Assembly (NCBI GenBank): GCA_025594325.1 | Contig: JANHCV010000002.1 | Coordinates: 186,001 to 250,000, forward strand | Direction: 5' to 3' | DNA length: 64,000 nucleotides | Source: Blastocladiella emersonii ATCC 22665 | Taxonomy: Eukaryota > Fungi > Blastocladiomycota | Shown here: positions 56,924-64,000 of the stretch, piece after piece | Position numbering within the stretch: the stretch's first letter is position 1 | How the letters are laid out: each line of letters opens with the position of its first letter | Notes under the pieces: model-generated | Told to the model about the DNA's origin: nothing | What the model saw: the letters and a program-made list of their open reading frames with translations, nothing else | Databases searched by the model: none | Position numbers and translations under genes: made by a program

Positions 56924-59900
56924 GAGGCGTGTGGCGATGTGAGCGGGAGAGATATAGGGTGGGTGGGCTGTTGTGTACAAGTATCGCGGAGTCGCGATCG
57001 TGCTCGCGGCCATCGTCATGGTGTGAGGTTGTGGTGCCCGCGGCCATCGTTGGAGGACTCCACCGCGACGCGGGCGGTGACTCGCGCGATGATGATCGCA
57101 CAAGGCTTCAGCTATCATTACCCATAAGCTGAGCGTATACTCGAGCGGCGAGGACGTATTCGCCGCGCATGAGGAGCATCGCGATACAGCGCGTGATGGC
57201 GGAGGGAGCGGCGTGGCCAAAGCGGCTCCCACCGCCGCCACCGCTCCCGCTCCCCACCACCCCACCTCATGCTAGCGAATGTAAGCCCCGAGCCAAGCTG
57301 CGACCTCATGCACTCTGCTCTTTATGACAGATACGTCGACCTCGATGCTCCTCCTGCGCCCGCCCTGAAACTCGGCGACGTCGAGTCGGCGGTGGGCGCA
57401 CGCACCGATTGCTCTCCTCCGCTTCCCGTGTCGTGTTCTCGACTTTCGGACTGCTTGACACGCAACTCGTGCCCGAATGGATCTTCTTCACGCCCTAATC
57501 TCACCTAGTTTCGAGAACATCGAGGTTTTCCGTGGTCTCAGCTCTCGCTTTTGGTTTACTGCGCCAACCTGTCGGTACGTAGCGCGGCTCGAACGTGGAC
57601 ATTCCAGTGTCCTCGTACATCAACGCTTCTCGGCGATCGGACCGGCGGCTCGAACCCCCGGCTCGCGTCAGCATCCAAGCCCTTCATCATCGCTTCGGTA
57701 GTCCCGTCTCCGCTTTTGAACGACTCGATGGCGCTGCTCGAGCCGCTAAGATTGCGCATACGCGACGACGGCGCGTCGCTCGCTTGTTGACACTTCTCTC
57801 TTCGTCACCTCCGTAGCACCCTTTCTTGCCCAGCACCTCGGCCTGGTCGCTGTTCGACGTCAAATCGCCAACAAGTCCTTCACACTCGATTTCCACCAAC
57901 TCCAACGGTTCCAAGGTCAATTTTGACTCTTTGGCCTCGGCTCGACACGACGCTTTTCAACTCAACACGGCCTTCGGGTACGATTGGCCTCGATACTTGC
58001 GACCACACCAAGCTGGAGCCTGTCGCTTACGTATCGCCCACGTTCTATGCTCGCCCGCTTCCACAGTCTTCGATCCAGCACTCAAGTCGCTTGCGCCCTC
58101 GCTTGGCCCCAAGTCCGTGCCGCGCGACGTTTCGTTCGCTGGATCGACTTTCAGCTGGACCTACTTACAACTGGTTCGACGCCCGCCCCGCACTTGTAAA
58201 TCCCACCCGAATTTGCTTGAAGTCCGTCACGGAGGTTGCAAGGCGCGGCACCTTGAGCAACTTGTCGGCGACTTTGTTCTGCTGTATTCCATGACCTTCC
58301 GGCCTCTTCGCCTCTTGGGGCGGCCGACGACTAGATTTACAAATTCATGGCTGCGAGGGCGAACCTCGCACAGGTCTCGGGCCCGAAATTTATTGAGAGC
58401 TGGCTTCTGGATTTTTTGGTGTGCGTGCGCGTGCAGGCGCCGCAGGTTTTAGCTGTCCAAGGCGTGCGGCGGAGGTGCGAAGTGGTCGCCACGCAGGTCG
58501 CCACGCGCCAGGCGGGTGGGCGTGATCGCCGCCCGCTCTCTCTCTCTCGCCTTTCACTTCTCCGCTCCCCCGGCCAGCGAATCAAGCTCACCCACCCCAT
58601 CCACTCGGTGCATCATGGACACCAACCAGCGGCAGACCCGCTCCGCGACCGCCGCCGCCGCCGCGGCGCGCGCCTCCGCCCCGTCGCCCGCCGCGTCGCC
58701 CGGTTCGTCGCCCACCCGCTACCTGCCGCGCGAGCACGAGCGCATGCGCTCCCCGTCGCGCTCGCCCATGCCACATGTCGACTCCGACCCCAAGCCCGAG
58801 CGCGACCACGACCGCGACCACGAGCGCGACCACCACGACGACCGTGACGATCGCGACGACCACGATCGCGACGACCACGACGACCGCGACGATCGCGACA
58901 ACCACGACCGCGACCGCGACGACGAGCCCATGGACGAGGACGACCGTGAGCCCGGTCAGCAGCTCTCTCGGTACGACCGCGAGGCTGCCGAGGGCGGCGA
59001 CGCGGCGGCGGGCGTCACGGCGCTTCCCCCGACCCGCACCGTCCGCCTGCTCAACCTGCCCGGCCACCACCGCGTCGACGTCTACCGCCGCGAGCTCGCC
59101 CGCGAGGAGGGCGTCAACAAGGTCGACGTGCTTGCCAAGGGCGAGGACTTCCAGGCGATCCTGCACTTCGTACGCCCCTTTTGCTCTCGCTTTCGCTTGC
59201 GTTTTGCCTTGCTGCTTCCCCGCTTGCGACTCGGTCTCCTTCGCTTTCGCCGCTCGCCTCTCGCCGCCTTATGCGGCTCGAATATGGCTCGGATCCCTTC
59301 GCGTTCGCCGCTCGCCACCTCGCTTGCGACTCGAGCGCCTTCGCTTTCGTCGCTTTCCACCTCGTTCGACTCGATCCCCAAGGCTCACCTCGCCGTTGCC
59401 ATCGCCGTAGAACGACCTGCGCGACGCCATCAACGCCAAAACCTACTGGCACCGCCGCGAGCAGTGGGACACCCAGGTCGACGCCCACTACATGCTGCCG
59501 CGCGAGCTCGTCCGCCGCCGCACCCCGTGCGAGCACCGCTGGAGCCAGGGCTCGCTGCGCGTCGACCTCGTGCCCAGCAAGGACCAGCCCACCGAGCCGC
59601 CGCGCGCCGAGCGCCTCAAGGCTACTCTGGGCGCCTTTGGCGAGATCTACTCGTTTGAGCTCGACCAGGACTCGCAGGGGTACGTTGCACGCCTCGGCGG
59701 CATGTATCGCTGGCGGGTTGCCGAGCTGACCCATGGCGATGCCTCGGATCTAGCTCGTACTACGCGTACATCGAGTTCTTCAGCAGCAAGGAGCGCAACG
59801 ACGCGTGCGAGTCGCTCAACGGCGAGAAGCTCGACGACTACACGATGCGCACCCAGCTCGCGTGGGACAAGCTCTCGCTGTACGTTTCGACTCCCTTGTG

Positions 59901-60078
59901 GCTCACGCTCGGAGCCGCATCTCACACTCTGCCCGCCACCATGTAGCGACGCCCCGCACCAGCTCCTGTCCGGCGAGTGGTCGATCCCCAAGCGCTTCCT
60001 GCCCGTGTGGGCCCTGCGCATCGTCGAGACCGGCCGCATGCCGCCCGAGAACTCGGGCGACGGGTCGTTCAGCCGCGG
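55889..60078. repeat. Apparently identical 4,190-bp core of the large inverted repeat, right copy
   Basis: Reverse complement of 37120-41309. Confidence 0.92.
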
Positions 60079-61279
60079 CGCCCGCTCCGGGCGGCCCGGC
60101 TCGCCCCGCCGCAACGGCGGTGGCGACTACGGCTCCTCGCGGTACGCCAACGGCGGGCGCCAGCGCTCGCGCTCGCCGCCGCGCAGTCGGGCCGGTCCCT
60201 CCTCGACCGCGCACCGCTCGAGCCAGTACCGCGACGCGCCGACCAACGCGCGCTACTCGCACCGCGACGACTCGCCGCCTCCGTCCTCGTCGCGCCAGCA
60301 GTACTTGCAGCAGCGCGAGCCGTCGTCGTCGGGCTACGGCCGCGACGCCCCCACTGCCCCGCGCCAGACCCGCACCCGCGACGCCGAGTACGCCCGCGAC
60401 GCCGGGTACCGCCGCGAGCCCGAGTACCGCCGCGAGCGCGAGCGCGAGCGCGAGTACCGCCGCGACCGCGACCCCGCCGAGTACAAGCGCCCGCGCGAGT
60501 CGCAGCACCAGCAGCGCGATCGCAGCTGGAGCCCCGAGCCCGTGCGCGCGTCGCGCTCGCGCCACGCTTCGCCGCCCCCTCCGCCGCCCCCTCCGCCGCA
60601 GTCGCAGTCGCGCACCCATCGCCAGTCTCGCCAGCGCTCCTACTCGCCGCGCCGCGGGTCGCCCCCGCCGCAGCGCACGCGCGACCGCGAGCACAAGCGT
60701 GAGCGCGCGCTGCCGCCGCCGCCCGCGGGCCCGCCGGCGCCCGTCCAGCTCCCGCCGCCCGCGGTCCAGCTCGCGCCGGCCGGGCTCCATGCGCCCGTGA
60801 ACCCCGCCGCGGCGCTGCAGATGATGCAGATGATGGCCCAGTTTCAGTCGCAGATGCAGACGAACCCGTACATGGTGGCCGCGGCCATGGCTGCGATGCA
60901 GAACCCGAATGCGGCCGTTACCGCAGCGACCGCCGCCGCGGCCACGGCCGACCCGCACCACCAGCAGCAGCAGCAGCAGTTGCTCCAGCAGCAGCAGCAG
61001 CCGCCGCAGGTCCAGGTCCAGCAGCAGCCGCAGGTCCAGCAGCAGTACGCGCCCGCCATGGCCGCGCTCGCCATGATGCAGCAGCAGTGGCAGCAGCAAC
61101 AGCAGCAGCAGCAGCAGCTCCAGCAGCTTCAACAGCAGCAGCCCAACAACGTCACGACGGCGCTCCTCGCAGCGCTCCCGCGCCAGGCCGCGCCCGCCGC
61201 CACCGACGCCGACGGACGCGCGACCTCGACCGACCGCCGTAGAGTGGCCGACGACCGCCGCCAGTCGAGCTGTCGTTGA
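58615..61279 (+). CDS. SR-like paralog B: RD/RE-rich N-terminus + 2 RRM-like + RS/RE + poly-Q tail, 760 aa; exons 58615-59169, 59411-59679, 59754-59879, 59947-61279
   Basis: Introns of 241, 74 and 67 nt (phases 0,2,2). TVRLLNLPG, YYAYIEFF (RNP1-like) and ACESLNGEKLDD..MRTQLAW. Confidence 0.85.
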
Positions 61280-61412
61280 GCGAGCGGTGGACGGTCCACC
61301 GACGGACGACCGCGACGACCGTGACAAAGCTGACCCGGACCATTCGCCCCGCTATCTTGTTTGAGTGTTTCTCCTGTTCTGTATTCTCTCCCCCACACAC
61401 TTTCATGGCCGT

Positions 61413-61418
61413 AATAAA
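61413..61418 (+). terminator. Candidate polyadenylation signal AATAAA of gene B
   Basis: AATAAA ~135 nt after the B stop, inside a 60-nt block conserved with the left arm, where it reads AACAGA. Confidence 0.45.
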
Positions 61419-61620
61419 CGTGGCTGCGGCCTGTAAAACATGGTTTGAACGTACTGACCTCTCGGACGCGATGAGCGCGACGCGACGCGTCGAGTCACAC
61501 GGGTGGCGGGCCGACGACGACACGACGCGTTGGACTTCCGCCTCCCGCCGGACCCGCAGCCAAATGAAGCTAATGAACGACACTTGTCGCAACGCTTAAC
61601 CAAGTGCTACCAACGTGAGA

Positions 61621-63460
61621 ATGTTGTCTTCCGAGACCCCGCCTTCGTCGAACGCAGCCGCGGCACACGACCCGCAGGACGAGTTCCCTCCGAGCCGGGC
61701 CATTCGCTTGATGTGGAAGTTGGACGAGCGGATTCAGGCCGACTACCACCAGGAACTCATGGACGAGTGCGTCGGGGTGCAGCGCGTGCATCTTTCCACG
61801 GCGCAGTTCACTTACGGCGCGTGCCAGTTCGCTATCATCAACTTTGTGCGTTCGTTCTGCTCCCGCTTCGTGGTGCGCTCACTCATCTCGAACCGAGTAG
61901 CACGACCTTCGCGACGCGCAGACGGCGCTGGTGCAGTGGCACGGGCGGCGGCATTGGGGCACCCGCGTCGAGGCCCACTTCATGCTGCCGTGCGAGCCCG
62001 TGCGCCATCGCACGCCGTGCTTGAGTCTCAACTCCCAGGGCTCGCTTCGCATCGAGGTTCAGCCCAAGTCGACCCCGCTTGATCTTGCGGCCTTTGCGTC
62101 GTGGCTTCGTGAGCAACTCGGCGAGTTTGGCGAGCTGCGCTCGTTTACACAGGTCGAGGAAGCGTCGCGCCAGTACGCGATTTGTACTCGTACTGCCACC
62201 GCACGCTGGGCTAACGATCACTCTCCCGGATCGTGTAGTGGGTTGCTGGTCGCCTTCGTCGAGTTCTTTGACGGCCGCGATCGGATCAAAGCGTGCACGG
62301 AACTGAGCGAGGCGCGGTTCGACGGATTCACCATCGATGTCCAGTTTGCGTGGGATCAGTCGAGCGTGCACGTGTCTCCCTTCCTTACCTTCGTGTGACG
62401 CGGCAACCTACACTGATCCGCATCTCATCTTAGTGATATCACGGAGAACATCTTTAACCATTGTGTCGAGCTCCCGATACGACTTCTTCCGAAATGGGCC
62501 AGATCACTTCTCAATCCCACCGACGACGAGGAATACCAACACGAGTTGGAGTTTGCTTCGCGTCGCGCCAGCGCCATCACTCTCGAGGAGCTGAGGGGCG
62601 GGTCCGACCCGCTTCGTTCTCGCCCGCAATCCCGCTCTCGCTCACGTTCTCAGTCTTGTTTGGAGTCCCGCTCTCGCTCTCACACTCGCTCTCCCTCGAA
62701 CGATGCGGGTGCTTGCATCAACCAGCCTGTACCGGCGCGAGGCCACGATCCAGCACAGTATGGGTACTCGACGCCCCGCGACCATTCGCGCGGGCGGTCG
62801 CGCCGCCGTAGCCGCTCACCGCGCGATTCGCGCGGCCGTAACAGTTCCGACGACCGGGATCGGCGCGCCCATCGCGACCGCGACTACGGATACGAGAGCC
62901 GCGGCCGGTCTCGGTCGCCCTCGCGGCATCGTAACGATTCGTTGTCTAGCTTACCTTCCTTCTCGCCGTCATTCTCGAATTTACACCGCTCCGACTCGCA
63001 CGTTCGCGGGCCGACGAACGAGGTCCATCCTTCGCAGAACTTTTACTCCCCGCCGACGAGCGGATTCGTGCCGCCCTTCAATCCATTTCCTGCGGTCGCA
63101 CCTTATCCCGGAACGCCACCGTTTCCCTTGCTCGCTCAACAGCAGCAGCAGTATCATTTCGCCCACGCGCTTGCGCTGCAGGCATCGTTCGCGGCGGCCG
63201 TCGCGTCCGACCCGCCGCTCTACTCTTCCTTGATGGCCTTTGGTTTCGGCGGTATCGCTTCGGTGCCGGCCGAGTTCACAGCGAATAGCCCAATGTTTGC
63301 AGCTGCTTCCGCTCCACAGCCTGTGGGTGAGCCGGCGCACAAGCCCGTTGGGGAGTCCACACCGCCTTCGATTCCGAGTGGTGGTGGCGGCGAGGAATCA
63401 AGTTCGACGGCGGTCCCGCACCCGAATGAGCGGGATCAGGCCGAAGAGGCGGGTAACTAG
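61621..63460 (+). CDS. SR-like paralog A: 2 RRM-like + RS tail, 550 aa; exons 61621-61845, 61901-62172, 62239-62367, 62434-63460 (intron 3 is GC-AG)
   Basis: Exons 2 and 3 are the same length as in A' (272 and 129 nt). AIRLMWKL, LLVAFVEFF and RSRPQSRSRSRSQS. Confidence 0.75.
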
Positions 63461-64000
63461 GTGCGTTGTTGGTTTGATGGTGAGAAAATGGTGATGGAGA
63501 TACGCGAGAGCAGTTTGATGGAGCGGGGAGGCATGGCGAGCTCCTCGCCGCCATCGAGGTCGAGTGCGTAATAAACTTGTAACTGTCGAGCTCGCTAGGC
63601 TCTTTGGAGAGATAGAGCTCCGCTGAGGCGTCTCTGGTTTCATCGCACTCTCGTTCTCGAAGCCGTATCGTTCAGCGACACAGACAACACTGGTCGACTC
63701 AAGCACACGACCTCGGTGCGAAGAGAGCTTGGGGATGCGGCGATGAGTGATTGTTAGGCTGATGGGTTCGCGGGACGCGTGTTGTTGACGCAGGGCAAGG
63801 TCGCGAGAAGTAGAGGGACGGGCTCGGTAAAAATCCCGGTAGCCAGCGGCGGGCGGGAGACGCTACGCGACGCGTTCGAGCAACGCGAGAGACACGTGTG
63901 GATGATACAGCGACGTTGCAAGTTGGGCGACCGGTCAAGTGGCGCCACTCCCTGACTCCGCTTCCGCTCTCCACCCGCAACTCTCCATGGAACTGATGAA

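Larger units (their letters stand above)
55798..63460. repeat. Right arm of the old ~7.6-kb inverted segmental duplication
   Basis: Mirror homolog of 33764-41399; identity declines outward. Confidence 0.85.

Noticed and set aside
33764-63460. Canonical fungal MAT locus
   Set aside because: No HMG-box, alpha-box, homeodomain or pheromone/receptor gene was recognised. Only the inverted-repeat architecture is analogous.
1-64000. CRISPR arrays, rRNA, tRNA, prokaryotic operons
   Set aside because: No repeat-spacer array or recognisable structural RNA was seen. The repeats are coding microsatellites (RS, RD, poly-Q, poly-P) and the DNA is intron-containing eukaryotic sequence.

Overview
GC-rich eukaryotic genomic DNA with short GT-AG introns (donors mostly GTACGY/GTGCGY). 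The gene set is fungal-type, and a putative ciliary inner-protein gene suggests a zoosporic, early-diverging fungus (inference). In order, the window holds: a low-complexity ORF; a giant ~3,776-aa single-pass protein of ~23 LEA-2/DUF3712(Tag1)-like modules; a 2,070-bp inverted duplication (15734-17803 / 21311-23380) carrying the 3' ends of an F-box-like gene and a HAM1-like gene; a CIMIP-like gene; an SDT1-like HAD nucleotidase; an ACS-family MFS transporter; and a G/P/W/Y-rich ORF interrupted by two TAGs. The dominant feature is a ~30-kb inverted-repeat locus (33.8-63.5 kb). Two divergently oriented arrays of a seemingly lineage-specific family of 2xRRM + RS/Q-rich (SR-like) genes lie in and next to ~7.6-kb inverted arms. 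There are six full-length loci (A', B', C, D, B, A) plus one remnant, all with the same 0/2/2 intron pattern. The arms have an apparently identical 4,190-bp core (37120-41309 / 55889-60078) flanked by diverged homology. They enclose a 14.6-kb unique loop containing UTP7, a PAS-like/GATA factor and a PPR gene. No rRNA, tRNA, CRISPR array or transposase was recognised. Gene models were spliced by hand; family names come from motif recognition, not database searches.
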